Source: Candidatus Delongbacteria bacterium
GTDB taxonomy: Bacteria; CAIWAD01
Assembly (NCBI GenBank): GCA_963663545.1
Contig: OY760505.1
Span: 2,240,001-2,304,000, forward strand
DNA: 64,000 nt
Direction: 5' to 3'
Part shown: in pieces, positions 1 to 10,558 of the stretch
Layout of the letters: every line of letters starts with the position of its first letter
Numbering within the stretch: the first letter of the stretch is position 1
The notes under the pieces: model-generated
What the model was told of the DNA's origin: nothing
The model's database searches: none
What the model saw: only the letters and a program-made list of their open reading frames with translations
Translations under genes and position numbers: made by a program

Positions 1-277
1 AGGTCTGCAGCCCACGGAATTCTACTTGGCTCAGAACCTGCCCAATCCCTTCAATCCCACCACGGTCATCGAGTTTGGTTTGCCGCAGGCTTCCGACGTG
101 CGCCTGACGGTTTACAACCTGGCTGGTGAAGAGGTGGCCGTGCTGCTGAACCGCAATATGGCGGCCGGCGAGCACCACGTGACCTGGAATGCGAACCAGG
201 CCGCTTCAGGGCTGTACGTCTACACCCTGCAGAGCGACTTCGGTACCCAGGTCCGCAAAATGACCCTGTTGCGTTGA
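1..277 (+). CDS. 3' end of a secreted protein with a T9SS/FlgD-like C-terminal sorting domain (5'-truncated by the window)
   Basis: QNLPNPFNPTTVIEF...VYNLAGEEV...ASGLYVY...RKMTLLR is a typical CTD. Confidence 0.85.
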   Translation, partial: GLQPTEFYLAQNLPNPFNPTTVIEFGLPQASDVRLTVYNLAGEEVAVLLNRNMAAGEHHVTWNANQAASGLYVYTLQSDFGTQVRKMTLLR

Positions 278-300
278 GCTACTCATCGCATCTTCCCTCT

Positions 301-388
301 AACCCCGTTTGCCTCCCCGGCAAACGGGGTTCTTTCTTTGGTGAATGTGTGATACAAAAACCCCGCAACGACGAACGCGCGGGGTTTG
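301..388. terminator. Two hairpins between convergent genes (probable intrinsic terminators)
   Basis: aaccccgtttgcc..ggcaaacggggtt followed by a T-rich tract (301-339); aaaaaccccgc..gcggggttt (356-388). Confidence 0.7.
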
Positions 389-415
389 AAAGACTTGCTG
401 AATCGTCGCCGTCGA

Positions 416-1855
416 CTAGCCCAACTCTGCACAAAGCTTTTCGCGCAAGCCGTAGAAGGACCCGTTGGAGCAGATCAGCAACAGTGTCTCTGTGCCCTTG
501 CGTGCGGACAAATCCATGCGCGCGCTGTCGAGCAGGGTGGCCAGGTCCTGGTGTTGTTCAAACGGCACGTTGTGAGAGGCCAGATAGAGGGCCGCGCTTT
601 CCAGATCGAAGAGCACGTCGGCCGCATAGCGTTCGCGGCGATGCAATGGGCCCATCCAGACGCGATCCGCGCCCGCAAGAGCTTGCTCCCATTCCTTTTG
701 CATCACACGTGTCACACTTGTGTTTGAGCGTGGCTCGAAGAAGAGCAGGATCTTGCGGTCCGGGTAGCGCCGGCGCAGGCTTTGTATCACACCGGTGATA
801 GCCGTAGGGTGATGGGCAAAGTCGTCGTAGAGCAGAAAGCCATCTCGTAGCTCGTAGCGGTCCATGCGCCGAGCGGGACCGGCGAAATCGCGTACTGCCT
901 TCAGGAAATTCTCCCGTGATACACCAAAACGGTCGGCGACAGCTAGTGCAGCCAATAGATTACGGCCGTTGTATTCGCCCTGCAATTTGCTGGTGATACA
1001 CAGCTCCTCCCTACCTGCTTCCGGTTCGGTAGGGTTTGTCGGAATCAAACAGCGATGCACGGCGTATGTATCACCGGGCTTTTCGTCGAGAAGCTGATAT
1101 GTGTTATTTGTGCCGGAACCAAACTGTATCACGGGGCAGAAGGCCTTTTCGCAGACAGCCAGCGCGTCGCCGCAATCGCCGTTGACCAGTACAAGGCCCT
1201 TTGCGGGTACCATGTTGACCAGACGACGAAAGGCCGTGCGAATCTCCTCAAGACTGCTGAAGATGTCAGCGTGGTCGAATTCCAGATGATTGAGCACCAG
1301 CACCTGTGGCCAGTAGTGGAAGAACTTACTGCGCTTGTCGTAGAAGACGGTGTCGTATTCGTCGCCTTCGATTACAAAGGGCGCACCTTCTACTGCTGCG
1401 CTGAGAGGCGTATTCAGTCCTGCGGTTTTGCCGCCCACAAACCAGCCGCAGGAGAGTCCTGCCTGCTGCAGCACCCAGGCGCTCAAGTTGCTGGTGGTCG
1501 TTTTGCCGTGCGTACCGGCGCAGACAACGGGAACGCGATCCTGCAGGAAGCGCTCGTGCAGCACCTCGGGCAGACTGGTCAGCCGCAGGCCGCTGTCCAG
1601 CGCGTACTCCAGCTCTGGATTGCCGCGTGGAATGGCGTTGCCCACAACAACTGTGCACTCCCCGGCTTCGGCGAAAGCAGCCAGTCCATTGGCGCTGAAG
1701 CCCTCCTGCCAGCAAATGCCGGCTTCGCGCAACAGGTCGGACATTGGCGGATACACGCCGCTGTCGGAACCGCCCACTTCGTCGCCCATACGTCCGAGCG
1801 CAATCGCCAGCGATCCGGTGGCCACACCACCCATGCCAAGAATCCAATAACGCAT
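416..1855 (-). CDS. mpl: Mur ligase, Mpl-type (UDP-MurNAc:tripeptide ligase)
   Basis: ILGMGG, GTHGKTTT, IEGDEYDT..FYDKRSKF, DHADIF, DDFAHHPTAI, FEPRSNT; start moved to MRYWILG. Confidence 0.85.
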   Translation of the reverse strand: MRYWILGMGGVATGSLAIALGRMGDEVGGSDSGVYPPMSDLLREAGICWQEGFSANGLAAFAEAGECTVVVGNAIPRGNPELEYALDSGLRLTSLPEVLHERFLQDRVPVVCAGTHGKTTTSNLSAWVLQQAGLSCGWFVGGKTAGLNTPLSAAVEGAPFVIEGDEYDTVFYDKRSKFFHYWPQVLVLNHLEFDHADIFSSLEEIRTAFRRLVNMVPAKGLVLVNGDCGDALAVCEKAFCPVIQFGSGTNNTYQLLDEKPGDTYAVHRCLIPTNPTEPEAGREELCITSKLQGEYNGRNLLAALAVADRFGVSRENFLKAVRDFAGPARRMDRYELRDGFLLYDDFAHHPTAITGVIQSLRRRYPDRKILLFFEPRSNTSVTRVMQKEWEQALAGADRVWMGPLHRRERYAADVLFDLESAALYLASHNVPFEQHQDLATLLDSARMDLSARKGTETLLLICSNGSFYGLREKLCAELG

Positions 1856-2031
1856 TGCAATCCTCACAGGATAATCCGCAGTCAATACTGAATATAACCG
1901 ATCTCGAGGCCGATAATGTCTTGTATGGAACAATCGCGGCAGGATTTTCAAGCACGTGATACACTCAACTTGGAAGAGTCGCGCTTTTTCAACTCCTTGT
2001 AATAGGATCAAGCTAACTGGCGAGGTAGGCC

Positions 2032-2412
2032 GTGAGCGGCAAACGCAACATTCTGATCGTCGACGACAATCCTGACCAGTGTGAGATTCTTGCCGAGTTG
2101 GTGAGCGAAATCGGGCACAATGCCTATACCGCCACCGATGGTGAGATGGCGCTGCAGGTCTTCGACGAGCGCAGTATTGAACTGGTAATCACTGATATCA
2201 AGATGCCCAAGATGGACGGCATGGCGCTGCTCGAGAAGATTCGCGAGCGTGACTCCAGCGTTCGCATCATTGTGGTGACCGGATTCCCGTCGTCCGAGAC
2301 GATTCTGCGCACCATCGAGAACGATGGCTACACGTATCTGGTCAAGCCGGTTAAGCTGAAATCTATGGCTGCCCTGATCGAGAAGGCTTTTTCGGACGGC
2401 GAAGAAGACTGA
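2032..2412 (+). CDS. Single-domain response regulator (REC)
   Basis: ILIVDD, ITDIKMPKMDG, YLVKP. Confidence 0.9.
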   Translation: MSGKRNILIVDDNPDQCEILAELVSEIGHNAYTATDGEMALQVFDERSIELVITDIKMPKMDGMALLEKIRERDSSVRIIVVTGFPSSETILRTIENDGYTYLVKPVKLKSMAALIEKAFSDGEED

Positions 2413-2423
2413 TCCCTGCAGGG

Positions 2424-3437
2424 TTGACGGCAGATCTCGGTACTCAGACTATCGGTAGACACGTGGACATTCCATTCGGAGAAATCCGTTCAGCAGTCGA
2501 GGAGCGCATCCAGACTCTGCTGAGCGGGTTTTCGCATCCTGCATCCTTGTACGAGCCCATCCGCTACGTGATGTCCGGCGGCGGCAAGCGCGTTCGTCCT
2601 TTGTTGGTGATTCTGGCGGCTCAAAGTCTGGAGGCTTCCATCGAGGAGGCTTTGAATCCGGCGGTGGCCGTTGAGATGCTGCACAACTTCACGCTGGTTC
2701 ACGATGACATCATGGATCGCGACGACACCCGCCGCGGGCGCCCCACTGTGCATGTGCGCTGGGACGATGGCACGGCCATTTTGGCCGGTGACGCGCTGCT
2801 GGGTGTGGCTTACGACGTGCTTTCGCGCTACGACGGTCCTCGTCTGGGCGAGATGGTGCGCACCTTCAATGCCGGCGTCATCGAGGTCTGTGAGGGCCAG
2901 GCGATGGACAAGGAGTTTGAAGGGCGCAACGATGTGCGCCTTGAGGAATACGACCGCATGATCGCCCTTAAAACCGGCAAGCTGATCAGTATGTCGGCGC
3001 GTATGGGTGCGCTGTTGGCCAACGGCAATGACGCGCAAGTAAAGGCGCTGGAGCGCTTTGGAGCCCTGTTGGGCCGCGCTTTCCAAATTCAGGATGACTT
3101 GCTGGACTTCACATCGACCACAAGTGAGCTGGGCAAACGCGTTGGCTCCGATCTGGCCATGCAAAAATCCACCTTTGTGACACTGACGGCGCGTGATACA
3201 TTCGCACCCGCTCTGCAGGAGCGCTGGCGCAAGCTCATGTTGACGGAAACTCCTGACGAGCATCTGTTGGCAGAAATGGGATCGGTGCTGCAGGAGGGCG
3301 GCGTACTGGCTGCGGGCGAATCCCAGGTGGAGGCGCTCACCAATCAAGCGCTTGCCGTTTTAGACGAGATCTTGACCGAAGAGCGGCGCGAGGATCTGCG
3401 ACGCTTCGCCTTTTGGATCCTGCATCGCAAGTACTAG
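2424..3437 (+). CDS. Polyprenyl diphosphate synthase (GGPP/FPP synthase family)
   Basis: GGKRVRP, HDDIMD..RRG, GQAMD, FQIQDDLLD. Confidence 0.92.
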   Translation: MTADLGTQTIGRHVDIPFGEIRSAVEERIQTLLSGFSHPASLYEPIRYVMSGGGKRVRPLLVILAAQSLEASIEEALNPAVAVEMLHNFTLVHDDIMDRDDTRRGRPTVHVRWDDGTAILAGDALLGVAYDVLSRYDGPRLGEMVRTFNAGVIEVCEGQAMDKEFEGRNDVRLEEYDRMIALKTGKLISMSARMGALLANGNDAQVKALERFGALLGRAFQIQDDLLDFTSTTSELGKRVGSDLAMQKSTFVTLTARDTFAPALQERWRKLMLTETPDEHLLAEMGSVLQEGGVLAAGESQVEALTNQALAVLDEILTEERREDLRRFAFWILHRKY

Positions 3438-3491
3438 AAATCCGCACTCGAATCCAGGGTGCCCGCACATCGCCCAAACGAGCGAAGTACC

Positions 3492-4250
3492 ATGGACATG
3501 TCCGGACAGATCCTACACCTATTGATCGCCGCAACCGTGTGTGGTGTGGTTTTTCTAGGTAGTTGGCCCGTGGGCCAATTTCTGCTTGGAAGGCCCGCGC
3601 TAATCCTTCCGCTGATGGGGTGGCTTACGGGCGAGCCGCTTGTCGGGTTGTGGCTGGGGGTGTGCCTGGAACTGCTCTTCATGCGGCAGCTTCCCATGGG
3701 TAGCTCAATGGTCCCCGAACCTGCACTTGGCGGGCTGGTGTCACTGTTTGCCGTGCATCTGTTGCGGCTGGGGCACGACGGGCTGCTACCGGTGGATCCT
3801 TGGGAAATGGTGGCGACAAGCATTCTGTTGGCGCTACCACTGTCTTACCTGATGTCCGTTCCCACCATGCTGCAACGACATATCAACACCAATTTCTGGC
3901 ACGATCGCTTTGTATCACGGGCCGAAGCCGGTGATACGCGCGGGTTTTCAGCGTTGCTTCCCCTGGTGCTGTTGCAGACCTGGCTTCTAATTGCGCTGGC
4001 CTCTTTGATTGTGATTCCGCTGGCCATGCTCTGCTGGGCCGGTCTGGACAGGCTGCTCGATTACGCATATAAGTTGCGTGAGCGCGAATTGCTGATTCTG
4101 GTGCTTGCCGCTATTTCAGCTGGAGGCATGTTGCGTCTGGCTGGCGGCTTCCCTGGCACGAACAAATCGAAATCCTTCCTGTGGACGGGCTCCGGTGCCG
4201 TGGTCGGAGCCGTGATACTCGCACTGCTGTGGTGGAGGATAGGCGGATGA
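3492..4250 (+). CDS. PTS mannose/fructose/sorbose-family IIC component (divergent)
   Basis: Hydrophobic; GQFLLGRP..GEPLVGL..LELLFM..PMG; directly upstream of IID, HPr and EI. Confidence 0.7.
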   Translation: MDMSGQILHLLIAATVCGVVFLGSWPVGQFLLGRPALILPLMGWLTGEPLVGLWLGVCLELLFMRQLPMGSSMVPEPALGGLVSLFAVHLLRLGHDGLLPVDPWEMVATSILLALPLSYLMSVPTMLQRHINTNFWHDRFVSRAEAGDTRGFSALLPLVLLQTWLLIALASLIVIPLAMLCWAGLDRLLDYAYKLRERELLILVLAAISAGGMLRLAGGFPGTNKSKSFLWTGSGAVVGAVILALLWWRIGG

Positions 4251-5092
4251 CGCAAGACCTGAGCACCAAGCTTCGTGTGTCACCGCTGCTCAAATGGAAG
4301 CTGTGTTGGCGCACCATGTTCATTCAGGCGGTCTGGAATTACAGAGGCATGCAACACATCGGCCTCTTGTGGAGCATGCTGCCAGCGCTGGAAGACCTTG
4401 GCGAGCGCAAACGGGAAGCCATGGTGCGTGGTGTAGAGTTCTACAACGCTCATCCCTTCCTCTGCGGCTTCCTTACCGGTGCGGGCGTGCGGTTGGAACA
4501 CGAAGGTCGCGGCGAATTGCTTAGTCGTTTGAAACGGGCCGCCGTCGCACCCTTGGGAGCCACCGGCGACCGCCTCTTCTGGTTGCACCTGAAACCAGCG
4601 ACCGGCATGATTTGTGTCACGAGCCTGCTCCTGATTCTGCTCGGGTTCACTGTTGCCGGGTTGACCTCGTGCGGCATAGGCGTATTAGCGTGGAATCTGC
4701 CGCACTGCATTGTACGCTGTTACGCGTTGGATCGCGGCCTGCAGCAGGGCGGTGAGGTGCATCGATCCATTCGCAGCCTGCACGATAGCGTGTGGATCCA
4801 TCGCGCTCACGTGTATCACCAGTTCGTCACCGGCCTGTTTCTGGTGCTGTTTCCGGGCGTGCTCGTGATCTTGCTGCTCGCCGACCCCTATGGTACTCTT
4901 AGCGGAATTCCCTTGTACGCAGACATCGTCACGCTATTGCTCTTCTGTTTGACGGTGTTTTTTGTCAGCCTGAAGCTGACTGTATCACGAAAAGCATTTC
5001 CGCTGCTGTTATGGTTGTCTCTGATTGCGGTTCACGTTGTACCTGCCTGGATCGCCAGAGTATTCGTGCAATTAGAATTGTTGCTTAAGTAA
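4247..5092 (+). CDS. PTS mannose-family IID component
   Basis: QAVWNYRGMQHIG, FYNAHP, PLGATGDRLFW. Confidence 0.85.
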   Translation: MTQDLSTKLRVSPLLKWKLCWRTMFIQAVWNYRGMQHIGLLWSMLPALEDLGERKREAMVRGVEFYNAHPFLCGFLTGAGVRLEHEGRGELLSRLKRAAVAPLGATGDRLFWLHLKPATGMICVTSLLLILLGFTVAGLTSCGIGVLAWNLPHCIVRCYALDRGLQQGGEVHRSIRSLHDSVWIHRAHVYHQFVTGLFLVLFPGVLVILLLADPYGTLSGIPLYADIVTLLLFCLTVFFVSLKLTVSRKAFPLLLWLSLIAVHVVPAWIARVFVQLELLLK

Positions 5093-5112
5093 GTGTAGAA
5101 AGGTGTACTGCA

Positions 5113-5379
5113 ATGCCCAGGAAAGCACTGACTGTCCAGAACCGAATCGGGATCCATGCCCGGCCGGCGCAGCACATCGTGAAAATTGCCTCCCGTTACA
5201 AGGCGGAGTTCTACATCGAGTACGAAGACCAGCGCATCAATGGCAAATCAATTATGGGCGTGTTGATGCTGGCCGCTGAGGGCGGTTCTACTGTAGTACT
5301 TGATGCAGAAGGATCAGACGCAGAAGAGTTGCTGAATGAGCTTGAGCAGCTTTTTGTGGACAAGTTCTACGAGGAGTGA
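5113..5379 (+). CDS. ptsH: Phosphocarrier protein HPr
   Basis: GIHARPA (His15) and GKSIMGV (Ser46). Confidence 0.95.
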   Translation: MPRKALTVQNRIGIHARPAQHIVKIASRYKAEFYIEYEDQRINGKSIMGVLMLAAEGGSTVVLDAEGSDAEELLNELEQLFVDKFYEE

Positions 5380-5382
5380 TCC

Positions 5383-7209
5383 ATGGCCGAACGCATGATT
5401 TCCGGCATTGGCGTGAGCCCCGGTATTGTCATCGGCGAGGTGCGTGTGCGCACCAGACAGCGTCTTGTAGTACGTCCGCGTCCGCTAAAGGAAGGTGGCG
5501 AAGGCGTTGAACTCCGCCGCTTTGACCGCGCTGTATCACGAACCGAGCGCGACATCACGCGAGTCGGCAAGCAGGTGAGACGTCGCCTGGGTGCCGCCAG
5601 TGCTGGCATCTTTGATGCACACTTGATGATCCTCAAGGACCCGATGCTTGTCGATCGCACTCGCCAGTTGATTCAGGAAGAGCGCATCAACGCAGACTTT
5701 GCTGTGCTAACAGCGATGAGCGAGATCCAACAGGCCTTTCGTCGAGTGAAGGACGAGTTGTTCCGCCAACGCTTGATTGATGTAGAGGACGTGGGGCGCC
5801 GCCTGATAGAGTACATCCAGTCGGACGCAGACCGAAAGCGCTCTGGCGATCGTATCACAGATGAACTGATGCTGGCTGCCGAAGATCTGAGTCCGTCGGA
5901 GGCTGCCGAATTGGAGGCCCTGCGTGTTACAGCCGTAATTACAGAGAAGGGCAGCCAGACAAGTCATACGGCCATTCTATGTCGCAGCCTTGGCGTTCCG
6001 GCTCTCGTGGGTGTCGAGGGCGTGTTTGAGCATCTCAAAGAAGGCGATTTGTGCATCGTTGATGGCAATGCTGGTGAGCTGATTATAGACCCCACGCCGC
6101 GAACGATTTTACGCTACACGCGCCGCCAGCGTACGCTGGAGCGCTTCAACGAACAGCTTGCCGAGTTGTACGATCAGGACACGGTGACACAAGATGGCCA
6201 TGCGGTAGAGCTATCCAGCAACATTGAGCTACCCCTCGAGCTGGATCACGTGATACGCAGCGGTGGCAAGGGTATTGGCCTGTTTCGCACGGAGTACTTA
6301 TACCTGGCTGCCAGCAGTATGCCGGACGAGGAAACCCAGTATCGCGAGTATCTGCGCGCAGCCAAGGCCGTCAAGCCTGAGCGGCTGATTATTCGCACCT
6401 TCGATCTCGGTGGTGATAAGCAACCGCCCTCCATGCGCTTCCCCCAGGAAGCCAATCCCTTCCTTGGCTGGCGCGCGGTGCGCGTGAGTCTGGACGATCC
6501 TGCGATGTTCCGCGTGCAGTTGCGCGCCATTTTGCGTGCGTCGGTGATGCCGAACATCCAGGTCATGTTTCCCATGATTTCCGGTGTAGCACAGTTGCGT
6601 CAAGTGCTGGAGGTGTTGGACGACGTTAAAACCGAGTTGCGCGAGCAGGGAGTGGCCTTTAACGAGGACCTGCGCCGTGGCATCATGATCGAGGTGCCCT
6701 CGGCGGTGTTTGTAGCACGCGAGCTGGCGGCCATGGTTGACTTCTTTAGCATCGGCACCAACGATTTGACGCAGTACACGATCGCCGTTGATCGCAACAA
6801 CGCAACGGTGGCTCATCTCTACCAGAGCACACATCCTGCCGTGATACGTTCTGTTGCCATGACGGTGCAGGCGGCGCACGAAGAGGGAATCTGGGTCGGC
6901 ATGTGCGGTGAAATGGCTGGTGATCCGGCTATGACAGCCATGCTGATCGGTCTTGGGCTGGACGAGCTTTCGGTCAGCCCGGTGATTCTGCCTGAGATCA
7001 AAATGTTGATTCGCCAATTGAACTTGACCGAAGCGCGCAAGCTGGCGAAGAAGGTGCTGGAAATGGGCGAAGTGGAGCAGATTCAGCGCGTGCTGGATCA
7101 GGACCTTCGACGTCGTGTTGGTAAGGATCCCCTCTGGAGACCAAAAGCCAGCAAGCAAAGCAGTCAGGGCAAGAGTTCGAAAGGCGCCAAACGCTCGCCG
7201 CGTTCCTGA
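5383..7209 (+). CDS. ptsI: PEP-protein phosphotransferase, enzyme I
   Basis: TSHTAI, GIGLFRTE, EANPFLGWR, FSIGTNDL, MCGEMAG. Confidence 0.93.
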   Translation: MAERMISGIGVSPGIVIGEVRVRTRQRLVVRPRPLKEGGEGVELRRFDRAVSRTERDITRVGKQVRRRLGAASAGIFDAHLMILKDPMLVDRTRQLIQEERINADFAVLTAMSEIQQAFRRVKDELFRQRLIDVEDVGRRLIEYIQSDADRKRSGDRITDELMLAAEDLSPSEAAELEALRVTAVITEKGSQTSHTAILCRSLGVPALVGVEGVFEHLKEGDLCIVDGNAGELIIDPTPRTILRYTRRQRTLERFNEQLAELYDQDTVTQDGHAVELSSNIELPLELDHVIRSGGKGIGLFRTEYLYLAASSMPDEETQYREYLRAAKAVKPERLIIRTFDLGGDKQPPSMRFPQEANPFLGWRAVRVSLDDPAMFRVQLRAILRASVMPNIQVMFPMISGVAQLRQVLEVLDDVKTELREQGVAFNEDLRRGIMIEVPSAVFVARELAAMVDFFSIGTNDLTQYTIAVDRNNATVAHLYQSTHPAVIRSVAMTVQAAHEEGIWVGMCGEMAGDPAMTAMLIGLGLDELSVSPVILPEIKMLIRQLNLTEARKLAKKVLEMGEVEQIQRVLDQDLRRRVGKDPLWRPKASKQSSQGKSSKGAKRSPRS

Positions 7210-7343
7210 GACCGTGAGCGAGTAAGCGCTTGTGTAACACTTGCTCGTAGTTACTGATCGAAATCCAGCTAGCGTAGCTTTCGCTAGCGCTTCTGGCGCG
7301 CAGATGTCTCATTCTGATTACCGATACCACTCCAGGAGGACTT

Positions 7344-10283
7344 ATGCGCAGAACGTTCCCCCTTTCTTCGCTGTTGCTTTGCCTGTTATTGCCAGCCCCT
7401 GTTTTGCACGCCGAGTGCAACGTTCCACGAGAGCTGAGTATCGCGTGGACTCAAGGCGCAGCTGATCTCGAATGGCATGCTCATTACAAAGAAAGCCGCT
7501 GGCGAGTGGAAATCGCCGCCGATTGTGCTTTCTCAGAGCTTCTTTGTACCGCCGAAGTTGAAAGTGCGCACTACACCTACTTTCACGATGATCTTGGTGT
7601 ACGCAGCGCTTTCTTTCGCGTTTACGGCATTGAGGCCACCGCAGCAGGCGATGTGATTCCCATCGAGGATTTTGAATGTGATTACAGCATGACGAGCTGG
7701 GGTGAGGAAGACCAAGAGCCCCGAGCCTGGGACTTTGATAGTGATGAAGTGTATCACGGTGAGCGTAGCTTGCGGCTTTTTGGTAACACAGTAAAAAGCC
7801 AGCCGTTCTGCTCCGATAGCCTTGGTTTGAACACAGTGTATCGTGTTGCAGCGCGTTGTAGTGACACAGCGGATCGCCAGATGATCGGCTTCGCGGACAG
7901 CAGCAATGTGCTCTGGTATGTGCTGTGGGGGACTCTCGGCGGCTATCCGGATAGCCCTGGGCAGGGTCTGCAGGAAACCGTGACCACGTATCAGGGCTGG
8001 TTTCCGCGCAACGAATGGGCCGAGATCCTGCTGCCGGTTGGCAAGGATTGGGCGGGGAAGTACGGCTACTACCCTGTTTTGAGCACGATTCTCTGGGCAA
8101 ATGAGTGTGATACAAATGATGGTGAAGTGCGCTTCGATCAGCTCTGCGATGTCACCGGTCAGCAGTCGTCATGTCCATTGGTTGAACCTGCTGCAGACGA
8201 TCTTGAGGTCGTCGTTGACAGTGTTCGCGTACGCTTGTGGAATACGACGCCTTCAGACAGCGTGACACATGTCTGGACGACAAGTCTTGGGCAATGTATC
8301 ACAGGGGATGATGTGCAGTTGATGGTCCCCGTATCACCGGCACAGCGAGTCATTCTGTGCGCCTATGCCGAAAACGGGGCTTCGTCTGTGTCACAAGCGA
8401 TAGATCTTCCGGGAACCAGTGGCGAGGCGAATGACGATTACTATCTGGGCTTTGGTGGCGATGTGATGACGGCGCGCTGGTACGAGACAAGCGGCTTCAT
8501 CAGCAATTTTGGCGTGGATTCCATCTATGCGGGGGTGCGGCCGTTCTTTGAGTCCATGGATTTGATGATGGTGAATCTGGAGTGCCCCTACACCAACGCT
8601 AGCGTACATCATCCGACCAAGTCCATCTACTTCAAAGCGAATCCGGCCAACCTGGTCGGTGTGCGCAATGCAGGCATCGACTATGTGACTCTGGCCAACA
8701 ACCACGCCTTTGACTATCTGCTGCCCGGTATGCTGGAAACTATGAGCGGACTGGACACGCTAGGCGTGATACACAATGGCTGTGGTCGCAATGAGGCAGA
8801 GGCATTGCGTCCGGTGGTGTTAGGAACAAAAGGCCGACTGTTCGGCCTGGTTGCCATGAGCGATCGTACAGGCAACTACAATAACTACCAACCCTATCTG
8901 GACGCCGGTGCATCACGACCGGGGTTTGCGCTCTGGAGTCGCGCCAACATGTTGGCCAGCATTCCCGACTTGCGAGAAAAGGTGGATGTGCTGATTGTGC
9001 AGGTGCACTCCGGCAACGAGTATTCCAGCGCACCCACGCTGCGGCAGATGGCCGAGTTTGAGGACGAGGATTTTCCCTTCGATCCCAATCTGCGCGGATT
9101 GTTGCCCACGCGCGAGCTGCTCCCCGGCGATAGCGAGCGGCGTATTCGACAGGAAGCCATCGACATGGGCGCGGATCTGGTGATCACACATCATCCGCAC
9201 ATTCTGCAGGGCGTCGAGTGTTACAACGGTGGCCTGATCGCCCACAGCCTTGGCAATCTGATCATGGATCTGAGCTACGCTGAAACACAGGTGACGGCGG
9301 TGCTTGAAGTGAACAGTCGGCAGCCTGCAGGAAACGCCTTCGCGGAGCCGTATCGTATCACGCCCGTGTTCATTCGCAACAACCTTCCCGTGATACTTCA
9401 GGGTGGACAGGCGCAGGGCGTGATGCGTCACATTGCACGCATGTCCTGGGAGGGCTTCGACACTTCGGTGCTCCTGGGCTACGATTACGCAGCGAGCGAA
9501 GCCGCCAACTGGTGCTGGGCGCTGCCAGCGGGCATCTACTGCGAAACGCTTGTGGTCAATCCCGCGACGGTCAACCTGGAGTTTGTGCAGGAAGAAGAGA
9601 GCTGGATTTCTGCTCCCGTCTTTTTCCCGGAAGGCAATGCGGAAGACCTGGACCTCTCGAATCTTCCCGACAGCATCGAAGTGCGTTTTGGCCGCGACCT
9701 GGAGTGGTGGGGCAACATGGAAGACGAGGGCTTCGTCACCTGGGATATGAATTCCGAGAACGAGGAATTCACCGATGCCCAGGCGTATCACGGCGAGCGC
9801 AGTTTGTATCACCACATTGGAGCTGGCTATGTGGCCACCTACTTCGTCAATCGTTGGCCGGTGGATGGCACGGCACAATACACGCTGGCGGGTTGGATCA
9901 AGACGGATACTGCGAGCGCTGCAAGTGTCGAGATGCGCTGGTACAATCATCGTACCGACGGCTCGCCCTTCGCAACACAGGCTACGGACGATCTAACCGG
10001 CACGAACGACTGGACCTACTGCTGGAAGAACCTGGACAGTCAGCCGGGTGCGACCTTCTACCAGTTGCGCTTGATGACGGAGTCCGCTTCGAGCAGTGCG
10101 GAAGCCTGGTACGATGACGTGCAACTGATCGAGTGGGACGAGTGGCAGACGCCAGCCACAGATGTCGTTTACATGCCGGTTGGCGGTGACTGGCACGTTG
10201 TCCAGTTCCGCTATGGTCAGCAGCTGATCAACGCGACGGTGCAAATGAGCTCGGCGTACTTCACGACCGAGGAATCCGATTGA
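7344..10283 (+). CDS. Secreted multidomain protein with a CapA/PGA_cap metallophosphoesterase domain and beta-sandwich (CBM-like) modules
   Basis: Signal peptide; GDVM, VNLE, LANNH, HSGNE, HHPH, HSLGN motifs; repeated YHGERSL modules. Confidence 0.8.
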   Translation: MRRTFPLSSLLLCLLLPAPVLHAECNVPRELSIAWTQGAADLEWHAHYKESRWRVEIAADCAFSELLCTAEVESAHYTYFHDDLGVRSAFFRVYGIEATAAGDVIPIEDFECDYSMTSWGEEDQEPRAWDFDSDEVYHGERSLRLFGNTVKSQPFCSDSLGLNTVYRVAARCSDTADRQMIGFADSSNVLWYVLWGTLGGYPDSPGQGLQETVTTYQGWFPRNEWAEILLPVGKDWAGKYGYYPVLSTILWANECDTNDGEVRFDQLCDVTGQQSSCPLVEPAADDLEVVVDSVRVRLWNTTPSDSVTHVWTTSLGQCITGDDVQLMVPVSPAQRVILCAYAENGASSVSQAIDLPGTSGEANDDYYLGFGGDVMTARWYETSGFISNFGVDSIYAGVRPFFESMDLMMVNLECPYTNASVHHPTKSIYFKANPANLVGVRNAGIDYVTLANNHAFDYLLPGMLETMSGLDTLGVIHNGCGRNEAEALRPVVLGTKGRLFGLVAMSDRTGNYNNYQPYLDAGASRPGFALWSRANMLASIPDLREKVDVLIVQVHSGNEYSSAPTLRQMAEFEDEDFPFDPNLRGLLPTRELLPGDSERRIRQEAIDMGADLVITHHPHILQGVECYNGGLIAHSLGNLIMDLSYAETQVTAVLEVNSRQPAGNAFAEPYRITPVFIRNNLPVILQGGQAQGVMRHIARMSWEGFDTSVLLGYDYAASEAANWCWALPAGIYCETLVVNPATVNLEFVQEEESWISAPVFFPEGNAEDLDLSNLPDSIEVRFGRDLEWWGNMEDEGFVTWDMNSENEEFTDAQAYHGERSLYHHIGAGYVATYFVNRWPVDGTAQYTLAGWIKTDTASAASVEMRWYNHRTDGSPFATQATDDLTGTNDWTYCWKNLDSQPGATFYQLRLMTESASSSAEAWYDDVQLIEWDEWQTPATDVVYMPVGGDWHVVQFRYGQQLINATVQMSSAYFTTEESD

Positions 10284-10558
10284 ACAAGGGGCTACGGGGC
10301 GATCCATCTGGGTCGCCCCAGAGTCTGTCGGACTTGCCCTTTTGCGGTCTTCATCACCTCCGACAGACTTTCGCGGTACTCTTTTCTGAGTGTTTGGAAC
10401 TTGTAAGTATTACCTTTGATCATCGTGGGATGAATATGAGTATGGTGTGGTTATTGTAGTTGCCTGCCCCTGTTTATGCTCAGCATCCCCAGATTCAGCC
10501 ATTTTAGCGGATTCCCGCTGTGATACATGATTCGTTGTGATAAGTACTGGAGGAGCAC

